Below are positions 12,172-21,791 of a DNA stretch of 64,000 nt, in pieces. This DNA is from Macrostomum lignano (Eukaryota): NCBI GenBank assembly GCA_002269645.1, contig NIVC01001298.1, forward strand, positions 248,001 through 312,000, read 5' to 3'. Numbering within the stretch: the first letter of the stretch is position 1; every line of letters starts with the position of its first letter. The notes under the pieces were generated by a model. That model saw nothing but the letters and a program-made list of their open reading frames with translations. It was not told the origin of the DNA and searched no databases. Made by a program: the position numbers and the translations under genes.

Positions 12172-14472
12172 ATGTCTAGTAAATCAGAATCTGAGCACTC
12201 TCTTTCTACTAATTACTCAGCCTACTCTTGTCAGGCGATTTCTTCTCCCTCAAATAGTTTTTCTACAAGTAATAGGAGTTCAATTTCAAGCGAAGCCGGT
12301 GTAACGCACTCGCACAGCTGTCCTGACGCTGTGGAAACTTTTATTGGTGAAAACAATGCTGTGCCTGTGCTTGAGGAGAGTTCAGATAGCTTAGCGAATT
12401 TGGCTTCCATCTCAGATCCCAGTGTGCAGGCGGCTCTGATTTTTCAGTGGGCAATTACTTCCGGAGTTTCAGAGGCTGCTCTTGATAGACTCCTGAAGCT
12501 ACTTTCTATTTTTAGTAGAGATTCTCTAGCTCTTCCAAATAGCGTCAAGTTGCTCAAATCATTGATTCAAGATACTTGCCCTCTTGATGATAGTGACGTG
12601 TCTGAATTTGGCTTTTGCCCAGAATGCAAAAGCCAGTGTCAGGTTCATTCCCCAAAGTCAAAGGTTGCTGTGACACAGCTCAATATTGTTCCACAGCTGC
12701 GGACTATCTTAAGCAGCCACACTTCAACTATTCTGCAGTATGAGCAAGAATTGCAAAAGGATAAAAACACAGACGTTTTGAATTCCAAAATAGTTAAAGA
12801 ACAAGGCTTAAGCCTATCTTCTGGCAAGTCGCTTCACTTGCATCTTCTAATCTCAGCTGATGGCGCCAATTTTTTTGAATCTGTTCAGAGTAGCTTTTGG
12901 CCATTTCAGGCTCAACTTCTAAACCTTCCTGTTTACATCCGTCAACGCTTTGCAAATTTAATTCTAATTGCTCTTGTTTCATCGAAGGCAGTCCCGCATT
13001 TCCAGTCTTTTCTGTCTGAAATTATGAACAATTTGCCAAAACAGTTTATATTCTCGGAATACACCGTTCATGTCCATTACACACTCTTTGTTTGTGACTT
13101 GCCCGCTCTTGCTAAGCTCTTCTGCATTCACCAGTACAATGGTGCGTTTAGCTGTCCTAGGTGCTTGCACCCAGGTGAGAGCTTTAAAGTATCCGAGAAA
13201 GGTAAAAACTGGATCTTCCGCTATGGTGAAGGCTACTTGTTTCCTTTGAGAAACCCATCTTCCCATCTTGAACACTGTCGGCTCGCACAAATTCGAAATC
13301 GGCCTGTTTTTGGCGTAAAGATGCGCAGTTGCTTGTTAGACTATGTTCCGTTTCCCAGCTGCAATCCTATTGACAGTTTACACTGCTTTTTCGAAGGCCA
13401 CACCAAGTATCTACTAGAAGAGCTGTCATTACCTGCAAACAGGCGCGAGTTGTATTTTTGCTCAGCTAATTGCATGGATTTCATATCTAATTGTATTCGT
13501 CAATCTATAACTCCTTCTAGCATCACAATCAACACAAATTTTAAAGGCTTTTCAGATTGGAAAGCAAAGCATTTTAAAAACTTTGCGCTATACTTTCTTC
13601 TTCCTACGTTTTTGCAGAGAATTTCGCATTTTCCATTGAAACTGCTGTTAACTAATTTAGTTCTTATTTATCACATGTTGTATAGCCCCCAATCAAATAA
13701 GACTGATATCGAAAAGCTATGCAAAGCTTTTATCTCCAATGCTCAGCAAATATTCGGACCGAAAGTACTCCGCCTTAATTTCCACCTGCTTTTGCATATG
13801 GCTGAACAGTACGAATTGTACGGACCTGTATTTAATTATTCTATGTTCGCATTTGAGAGCTCCATTGGCATGTTCAAAAAGTTCTTATGCGGAACTGTGT
13901 CATTTGGCCCACAGCTTGTTCGCAAGTTTTTGTTTCAAAAGTTGCTACATCACTACTTTTCTTGTGTTAAGGACTCTATTGTAGTGGATGCAGTTAACTC
14001 TATATCTTTAGAGCCATCCAGGCCACATGGTATTCTTCGAAACTCACTTGCTTATTTTAATGGACATTTTTTCTCGACAAGCTCAGCTTGTGCGTCGAAA
14101 AATTCTAACCATCTTTGCCAATTGAAGTCCGGCGAAATCTGCACTATTGCAGAGTTCCTCGAGCCTAATACTATTCGAGTGCAAATTTTGGATCCCATTG
14201 GTTCGCTGTTTGATTTTGTTTTACGAGTACCAGCAGCAACTTTCCCCATCGATTTACTTAATTGGAAAGCATTGCTGGAATCCATGTTCAAAAAGTCTTC
14301 GACATTCAATTTTGTATTGATATCCCTGTCTAATGCGCCCAGATCGGCCAGACGCGAACGTATAGTTAATTTTTCAGAGGTCGATCGACCCTGCATCGCT
14401 GTTCCAGTAGAATCGTTCAGCAAAGACTGTTATTGCGCTGTGCCATTGTTCAAAGAGTTTGAACATGATTAA
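12172..14472 (+). CDS. EnSpm/CMC DDE transposase, 766 aa, uninterrupted
   Basis: Family motifs ISADGANFF...FWPFQ, VCDLPA...QYNGAFSCPRC, DSLH, WKAKHFKNF, NFHLLLH...YGPVFNYSMFAFES; all three putative catalytic acidic residues present. Confidence 0.92.
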   Translation: MSSKSESEHSLSTNYSAYSCQAISSPSNSFSTSNRSSISSEAGVTHSHSCPDAVETFIGENNAVPVLEESSDSLANLASISDPSVQAALIFQWAITSGVSEAALDRLLKLLSIFSRDSLALPNSVKLLKSLIQDTCPLDDSDVSEFGFCPECKSQCQVHSPKSKVAVTQLNIVPQLRTILSSHTSTILQYEQELQKDKNTDVLNSKIVKEQGLSLSSGKSLHLHLLISADGANFFESVQSSFWPFQAQLLNLPVYIRQRFANLILIALVSSKAVPHFQSFLSEIMNNLPKQFIFSEYTVHVHYTLFVCDLPALAKLFCIHQYNGAFSCPRCLHPGESFKVSEKGKNWIFRYGEGYLFPLRNPSSHLEHCRLAQIRNRPVFGVKMRSCLLDYVPFPSCNPIDSLHCFFEGHTKYLLEELSLPANRRELYFCSANCMDFISNCIRQSITPSSITINTNFKGFSDWKAKHFKNFALYFLLPTFLQRISHFPLKLLLTNLVLIYHMLYSPQSNKTDIEKLCKAFISNAQQIFGPKVLRLNFHLLLHMAEQYELYGPVFNYSMFAFESSIGMFKKFLCGTVSFGPQLVRKFLFQKLLHHYFSCVKDSIVVDAVNSISLEPSRPHGILRNSLAYFNGHFFSTSSACASKNSNHLCQLKSGEICTIAEFLEPNTIRVQILDPIGSLFDFVLRVPAATFPIDLLNWKALLESMFKKSSTFNFVLISLSNAPRSARRERIVNFSEVDRPCIAVPVESFSKDCYCAVPLFKEFEHD

Positions 14473-14816
14473 AAAGGTACGAGTATGTGTCCGTACCTTA
14501 GATCCGATTATTTTATTATTAATGCTGCAAAGTCTGGCAGAAAATAAAATTATGCTCCATGACCAAGATAAAACCATCAGGGAATCAGAATAACTTTCCA
14601 GATGCCCAACTTCCTCCCTCTCAGACTCCCACCGTTACCTCTCTTTGTCCGATCTCTCCATATTCAAAATCTCCAAGTTTCTGTGCGCAAATAATTGACT
14701 AATGCAGCATTAACTTCGTTTCGTAAAGGATTAGTCGGCCCTTGCCCTTAATGCGTACCGAATTCGGCTAATTCTATTTATTGACTGTTCAGTAAAATTT
14801 ACTGTTTTATTTTTTC

Positions 14817-15495
14817 TTACAGTACCTTGAAATGCGTCAAATTCTGTCTATTCTGTATCTTAAAGCTCTCTGAGCTGTTTTATTTTTTCTTACAGTACCT
14901 TGAAATGCGTCAAATTCTGTCTATTCTGTATTTTAAAGCTCTCTGAGCTGTTTTATTTTTTCTTACAGTACCTTGAAATGCGTCAAATTCTGTCTATTCT
15001 GTATTTTAAAGCTCTCTGAGCTGTTTTATTTTTTCTTACAGTACCTTGAAATGCGTCAAATTCTGTCTATTCTGTATTTTAAAGCTCTCTGAGCTGTCTT
15101 ATTTTTTCTTACAGTACCTTGAAATGCGTCAAATTCTGTCTATTCTGTATCTTAAAGCTCTCTGAGCTGTTTTATTTTTCTTACAGTACCTTGAAATGCG
15201 TCAAATTCTGTCTATTCTGTATTTTAAAGCTCTCTGAGCTGTTTTATTTTTTCTTACAGTACCTTGAAATGCGTCAAATTCTGTCTATTCTGTATTTTAA
15301 AGCTCTCTGAGCTGTTTTATTTTTTCTTACAGTACCTTGAAATGCGTCAAATTCTGTCTATTCTGTATTTTAAAGCTCTCTGAGCTGTCTTATTTTTTCT
15401 TACAGTACCTTGAAATGCGTCAAATTCTGTCCATTCTGTATTTTAAAGCTCTCTGAGACTGAGCTGTCTTATTTTTTCTTACAGTACTTTGAAAT
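14817..15495. repeat. 73-bp tandem repeat (~9 copies) inside the EnSpm 3' arm
   Basis: AGTACCTTG recurs at 14821, 14894, 14967 (period 73). Confidence 0.95.
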
Positions 15496-17012
15496 GAATT
15501 ATGCCTAATTATCATTAATAATATAAGTCTCGAAATGGTCATCATACGAGTTTTCAATTACTTCTACATTTAATTGCATAAGTATTTGTTCTGATACTTT
15601 TTTGTTTTGAAAGTGATTTATAAGGGAATGGAAACATATTTCTCAGCAGCACTAAAGATGCTGCCGAATTTGTTTAGAAAATTTCAGCTTTAAAATGAAC
15701 CTACGCAAACATTGCGTTCTACTAACAGTAGTGTAGTAAGGAAAATTATATTTAAAATCATACATCAATGTACATGGATGGAAAGTAACCATGGATGAAG
15801 TTTACGTGGAACCATGTATGATCAGGTATGGCTCCATACATGTTCAGGTATGATCCATACATGGCATCATGGATGCTTCATCCATGATTTATCCATGCAA
15901 GGAGAGTAGGGCGGCCAGCGGTCTGATACCGCCCAGCATCATCAGCATCGCCTGATCTACATCAGCACCTCGTCGCTCCAGCGCATCGCCGCTTCACTGT
16001 CTGCCTGACTGCAGCCTACAGCCACCCTCGGTCACTCCGCCTCACTCTCTCTCTGTGCAGCTGCCGGTAAGTTCCTGTTACTAACTGGTGCTCTGATTGC
16101 CTTTGCTTATCCGGGGTTTGCCTATTTTCCATTGTCTGATTAGAGAGCTGAGCCAATTGTGATACCGTATCTTTTGCTGTATTTTACTCAATAGTGAAGC
16201 CGCCTAATTGCCTGATTATTCGCCTAAGGGCCTAATTATTAACTATTAACTAACTTCATCATTATTCCATCTTTCACCATCATTTAACTCATGGCTTGCT
16301 AAGCCTTTCTCCCGGGGTGGCAAAGCATAAGGAAGTTTGGGTAAGCTAATGGCCTCTCCCCGTGCAAAGCCCGCCTGTGAGTGCGTGCTGCGGGGCCGCG
16401 TGTGCGTGCAGTAGAGGGATTAGCGAGTCTTGGCACGGAATGGCAGTAGGAAGGTTGCAACCCCATGCGAACGCGTCCCTTCGTCCTGAGCAATCTAAAC
16501 TAGAGACAGTACATGTTCGCCTCATACTACTCTTAGTAATCAAAGTCGCAAGTCAGCCTCGCTCACAGCCACAAAGGATCCCCTGCTGAGAAATCCTCCA
16601 GGATTGAGCCCAGAGTTCCCGATCATGCCCCAAGCAGAGTCCCTGTACTCGGCTGCATGCGTCTCCCCTGTTAGCCTAAATCCCCTGGTAACCAATCCAG
16701 GCGGGCTCTAGCCTCGAGAGGTCTGGTAGAAAGATCCAGGTGCGCCAGGTCACATAGAGTGGTGGCAGCCACTCGGTCATACCATGACCGAGTGACCAAC
16801 TATTGCACCTTGGCTACAGGTGGGGTCCATGTGGGTCCTTGGCCCTCTGGTCACGAAGCGCTACCAAAGCTACTAATCATGTGGGCGGGACAGTCTGGTG
16901 CTGGAGGTCCGTCAGGTCGTTGCCCGGTCATAGGCAGTCTACGGTCATTGCCCCCTCTAGTCATGCGTTCGTCTCTCTATGGAGCGGACAGGCGACAAGG
17001 GCGGTTACATCA

Positions 17013-17130
17013 TATATCCTTGTCATTCACCTATATTCATGTCATTCACCTATATCCATTGTCATTCACCTATATTTATTATCGATCATTCACCTCTCTT
17101 CATTGTCATTCACCTATATTCGTTATCATC
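17013..17130. repeat. Right remnant of the TGTCATTCACCTATATCC minisatellite
   Basis: Same unit as 6958-7917. Confidence 0.9.
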
Positions 17131-17135
17131 TACTT

Positions 17136-17494
17136 GGGGGGGCCGTAGCCCAGCGGTCTAGCGCAGGCTCTGGTGTGCCAGCGGCCCAGGCTCGATTTCT
17201 AGTGCAGTCACATTAATTTGGGGCTGAATTGGAATCTTGGCTTGGCTCTGCTCGTGTAATTAACGACCTTGAGAGCCAACCAAGTGAAGTGTACATGCCT
17301 AACCATAATATAAAGTTAGGGCCGCTGTACACTCCTGTGTGAGTGTGTGCCTGCGTACGTATCCGCGCGCTTGTGTGCCTGCTCAGGGGAGTCGACGGAA
17401 TGGGCAGTAATGCCTCTCGCCGGTTGTGTGCCAATGTCGTTGGGTGTTGTTGGGTGCATACAACCCCGCTGCCTCTAATAAAAAAAAATAAAAG
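17136..17494 (+). mobile_element. tRNA-derived SINE
   Basis: GGGGCCGTAGCCCAGCGG (A box) and GGCTCGATTTC (B box) head; 3' A-rich tail. Confidence 0.6.
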
Positions 17495-17622
17495 AGGGCC
17501 CACTTTGTAATACTTTTATTCAATAAGTTTATTTAATGCAATCGGTTGGCCAAACAACAGATCGAAAATTTGTCATTTATCAACCTCAATTCACAAACGT
17601 GCGTCTGCTAATTTCAATTCAA

Positions 17623-19674
17623 TCAATGCCCAGCTGCATCAACAATCTTCATCAGCTCGTCCAGCATCCTGTAGGTGGCCTGACGCCTGTCCTCGGCACC
17701 TCTGCTCAGCTGAGCAAAGATTTCTCTCAGCCTGGGATCCGAGCTGGACTCCAGCTGCTTTTTGTCCATCTCGGGGTGACAGCCGAATAGCAGGGCGCCG
17801 CCTGAAGCATTGGGGATGGTTGCTGTTGCTGAGTGTGCTAGAGGAATCTGCATCAGCATGCACTGCATCTTGGCATGTACAGTGACTGATTCTGAGAATT
17901 TTCGAATCATGAGGTCGCGAAGATCTCGTACCGTACATGAAATCTTGCTGACACACTGGCATAGAGTATTGAACCCATTCTCAAGATCTACGAGCTTTAG
18001 CTCTAAGTGTAGAATTCTGTAGGTCTAGTCTATGGTTCTATAGAGCTAGTAGGATTCTGTAGACTGTAGGTCTAGTCTATGGTTCTATAGAGCTAGTAGG
18101 ATATTGTAGACTGTAGATCTAGTCTATGGTTCTATAGAGCTAGTAGGATTCTGTAGACTGTAGATCTAGTCTATGGTTCTATAGAGCTAGTAGGATTCTG
18201 TAGACTGTAGGTCTAGTCTATGGTTCTATAGAGCTAGTAGGATTCTGTAGACTGTAGATCTAGTCTATAGTTCTATAGAGCTAGTAGGATTCTGTAGATC
18301 TAGTCTATGGTTCTATAGAGCTAGTAGGATTCTGTAGATCTAGTCTATGGTTCTATAGAGCTAGTAGGATTCTGTAGACGGTAAGTCTATGGTTCTATAG
18401 AGCTAGTAAGATTCTGTAGACGGTAGATCTAGTCTATGGTTCCATAGAGCTAGTAGGATATTGTAGATCTAGTCTATGGTTCTATAGAGCTAGTAGGATT
18501 CTGTAGATCTAGGCTATGGTTCTATAGAGCTAGTAGGATTCTGTAGAGCTAGTAGGATACTGTAGACTGTAGATCTAGTCTATGGTTCTATAGAGCTAGT
18601 AGGATTCTGTAGATCTAGGCTATGGTTCTATAGAGCTAGTAGGATTCTGTAGATCTAGTCTATGGTTCTATAGAGCTAGTAGGATATTGTAGACTGTAGA
18701 TCTAGTCTATGGTTCTATAGAGCTAGTAGGATTCTGTAGACTGTAGATCTAGTCTATGGTTCTATAGAGCTAGTAGGATTCTGTAGATCTAGGCTATGGT
18801 TCTATAGAACTAAGATTCTGTAGACCTAGTTTTCTGTAGATCTAGTCTAGGATTCTATAAATCTAGGAATCTTCAGATCTGGGATCCTATGGATCCAACT
18901 GGTCAAAGCAGGTGGCGCCCCTTCTTTACATCTCAGTAGACCGTGGCCTGAACCGAACTGCTATCATTTATCGCGAATAATCTAGTAGTATGCCATTTAG
19001 TAGTACAGTGAGTACTTTATTCGTAAATGTACAAGCCAGAGCTCACCAAGGCCGCACTTCGCCAGCACAACCGCAGGTTGACCAGCCGCTTCCTCCTCCG
19101 TGTACCTCGCCAGCACCTCGGCGCTGTCGGCAGCAGCAGCAGCGGGGTCCTGATTGTCGGGCACGAACTTGGGTCCTCCGTTAAAGTACACGTGCACTTT
19201 ATTGTCACCCTCGAATACGGTGGCATTCTCAACAACTCGCGCTCCGGCCAGCGACTTGTAGTCGAAACCGGGGAACACCGGACCCACCGCTAGGCCCCTG
19301 TACAGACCGAGCCGCGAGCCTAGGACCTCCAGTTCGGGATCACCCTTGGCGAATTCGATCTCCCGACAGGCAAAGTAGGCACCGGCGCACATACCGAGGT
19401 AGCCACAGCTGCCAGACCTCACGCGGCGGGCCAAGTTAGCCATGCCGGCGGCTCCGAGGCGGCGCACGAAGCCGAGGTCGAAGCCGCCGGGAAAGGCGAT
19501 CAGCTGAAACCGGCCCAGCGCCGTCAAGTCCTGGAATTCGGCGGCGTCGGCCGTGGTCTCGATTCGACACTCCCGACGTCGATTGGCAAAGTAGTCGGTC
19601 AGGAATGACAGGAGGTCCTCGCGAGCCTCAGCGTCAGCGCCTTCGCCAGTGTAGACAAGAGCTGAGATCATCAT
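17623..19674 (-). CDS. Stand-alone BPL_N (biotin-protein-ligase N-terminal-type, class I glutamine amidotransferase-like) protein, 268 aa; exons 19674-19047 and 17801-17623
   Basis: Motifs ALVYTGEGA, FPGGFDL, YLGMCAGAYFA, YFNGGPKF. A phase-1 GTGAG/TTCAG intron joins KCGL-G-GALLFGCHPE. AATAAA signals lie ~90-110 nt past the stop. An extra upstream exon is possible (acceptor at 19734). Confidence 0.85.
18015..18860. repeat. Variable-length (~40-47 bp) minisatellite (TCTAGTCTATGGTTCTATAGAGCTAGTAGGATTCTGTAGA[CTGTAGA]) in BPL_N intron
   Basis: Direct tandem repetition. Confidence 0.95.
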
Positions 19675-19956
19675 TGTCTCAGAGCGGTGGCAGTTGATTA
19701 TTTTTGCGAGAAATTGACAAGGCCAAGTGCTCACTAAAAATGCTTATATACTCAGCGACAGTAAGCTACACTGGTTGCAGCTCATGAGCTGATATGGCAA
19801 GAACAGTTTTTTCATGTTCTATTTTTAGACTGTCGAAACCTTTCCTCTCACAGTGAGCTGGAGTTGGCTGCGTAGCTCGTACACCGAGTTTTGTACAAGG
19901 CTCTCTCACAGAGTTTATCAAGCTGTTCTGTTCCATTAAAACTCAATTAGAGAATG

Positions 19957-20350
19957 CGGGGGGCATAGGCAAGGATTTTATTGTAGGGGGACAAATCCAA
20001 CAATTTCACATGTACATGAATGAATTCCTAGAAGTTCATTATTTTGCGAATAGGTGTTTTCAGCACTCATTCTGGCGCCGCAGGAACTTAGAGACAGGCA
20101 CTCATTTTGGCGCCGCAGGCACTCATTTTGGCGCAAGAGACAGGCACTTATTTTGGCGCCACAGGCACTCATTTTGGCGCCGCAGGAACTCAGTTTGGCG
20201 CCGCAGGAACTCAGTTTGGCGCCGCAGGAACTCAGTTTGGTGCCCTGAAACAAAATTATTGATTTTCACATCGGGTCACAAGGTGGGGTGGCTTTTACTG
20301 GGGGGGGGGGGCATATCCCCCTGTCCCCCCTCCCGGTGTCGACGCCCCTG
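19957..20350. mobile_element. Degenerate MITE-like element with internal GGCGCC-core repeats (20060-20250)
   Basis: Right end GTGTCGACGCCCCTG is a weak inverted match to left CGGGGGGCATAGGCA; TSD only partial. Confidence 0.35.
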
Positions 20351-20714
20351 ATCAAATGTTCAGTAGTAGCCATCGAACTTTTTGCGCTAATTTTTCTCTG
20401 TTTGTATTGCAATGCAAAAATGCAAATCTTTGCGAAAACTGACCAGGTGCTGCGACCTTCAGTGTCTGCTAGTTTTAAATTTGATCCCGGCAGTTAGAAG
20501 CACAACACTGGTTTTCTTTGTTTACTCTGGGTGACTTCTAGCAGTGTTAAATTTGATCCGTCACTGGAAAAAGTTAGGAAATATGAGTAGAGGTCAGTTA
20601 TCTAACGAACAACTAACAAATTTTAAACTTGAATTCAATTATTCTTGTAAGCTGAACAAACCAAATTGCATGCCTTTTGGGTTACTGGGTTTTTTCAATT
20701 CAAACTACCTCAAA

Positions 20715-21791
20715 ACCCGACACCCAAACTGCGCCCTGACACCCAAACTGAGCCCTGACACCCAAACTGCGCCCTGACACCCAAACTGCGCCCTGACACC
20801 CAAACTGCGCCCTGACACCCAAACTGCGCCCTGACACCCAAACTGCGCCCTGACACCCAAACTGCGCCCTGACACCCAAACTGCGCCCTGACACCCAAAC
20901 TGCGCCCTGACACCCAAACTGCGCCCTGACACCCAAACTGAGCCCTGACACCCAAACTGAGCCCTGACACTCAAACTGAGCCCTGACACCCAAACTGAGC
21001 CCTGACACCCAAACTGAGCCCTGACACCCAAACTGAGCCCTGACACCCAAACTGAGCCCTGACACCCAAACTGAGCCCTGACACTCAAACTGAGCCCTGA
21101 CACCCAAACTGAGCCCTGACACCCAAACTGAGCCCTGACACCCAAACTGAGCCCTGACACCCAAACTGAGCCCTGACACCCAAACTGAGCCCTGACACCC
21201 AAACTGAGCCCTGACACCCAAACTGAGCCCTGACACCCAAACTGAGCCCTGACACCCAAACTGAGCCCTGACACCCAAACTGAGCCCTGACACCCAAACT
21301 GAGCCCTGACACCCAAACTGAGCCCTGACACCCAAACTGAGCCCTGACACCCAAACTGAGCCCTGACACCCAAACTGAGCCCTGACACCCAAACTGAGCC
21401 CTGACACCCAAACTGAGCCCTGACACCCAAACTGAGCCCTGACACCCAAACTGAGCCCTGACACCCAAACTGAGCCCTGACACCCAAACTGAGCCCTGAC
21501 ACCCAAACTGAGCCCTGACACCCAAACTGAGCCCTGACACCCAAACTGAGCCCTGACACCCAAACTGAGCCCTGACACCCAAACTGAGCCCTGACACCCA
21601 AACTGAGCCCTGACACCCAAACTGAGCCCTGACACCCAAACTGAGCCCTGACACCCAAACTGAGCCCTGACACCCAAACTGAGCCCTGACACCCAAACTG
21701 AGCCCTGACACCCAAACTGAGCCCTGACACCCAAACTGAGCCCTGACACCCAAACTGAGCCCTGACACCCAAACTGAGCCCTGACACCCAA
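20715..21791. repeat. 19-bp minisatellite (GACACCCAAACTG[A/C]GCCCT), ~57 copies
   Basis: Near-perfect tandem repetition. Confidence 0.97.

Larger units (their letters stand above)
9035..15911 (+). mobile_element. EnSpm/CACTA (CMC superfamily) DNA transposon, 6877 bp, apparently full length
   Basis: TIRs CCCTACTCTC-ttat/cttg-CATGGATAAATCAT (25/28 match); 2-bp TSD CG (9033-9034, 15912-15913); CCC termini; two genes inside. Confidence 0.9.
7918..17012 (+). mobile_element. Solo LTR-like element (~2.2 kb net: 7918-9034 + 15914-17012), interrupted by EnSpm
   Basis: Ends TGATGTAACC...GGTTACATCA (perfect 10-bp inverted, TG..CA). TSD TATA at 7914-7917 and 17013-17016; removing the element restores the satellite unit CACCTATATCCTTG. 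Contains promoter motifs. Confidence 0.8.

Noticed and set aside
17136-17210. Possible tRNA genes here, at 33531 and at 62459
   Set aside because: A and B boxes are present but no complete cloverleaf is evident; they continue into SINE bodies
17623-19674. Calling the BPL_N gene holocarboxylase synthetase (HLCS)
   Set aside because: No biotin-ligase catalytic domain; stop and poly(A) signals follow directly
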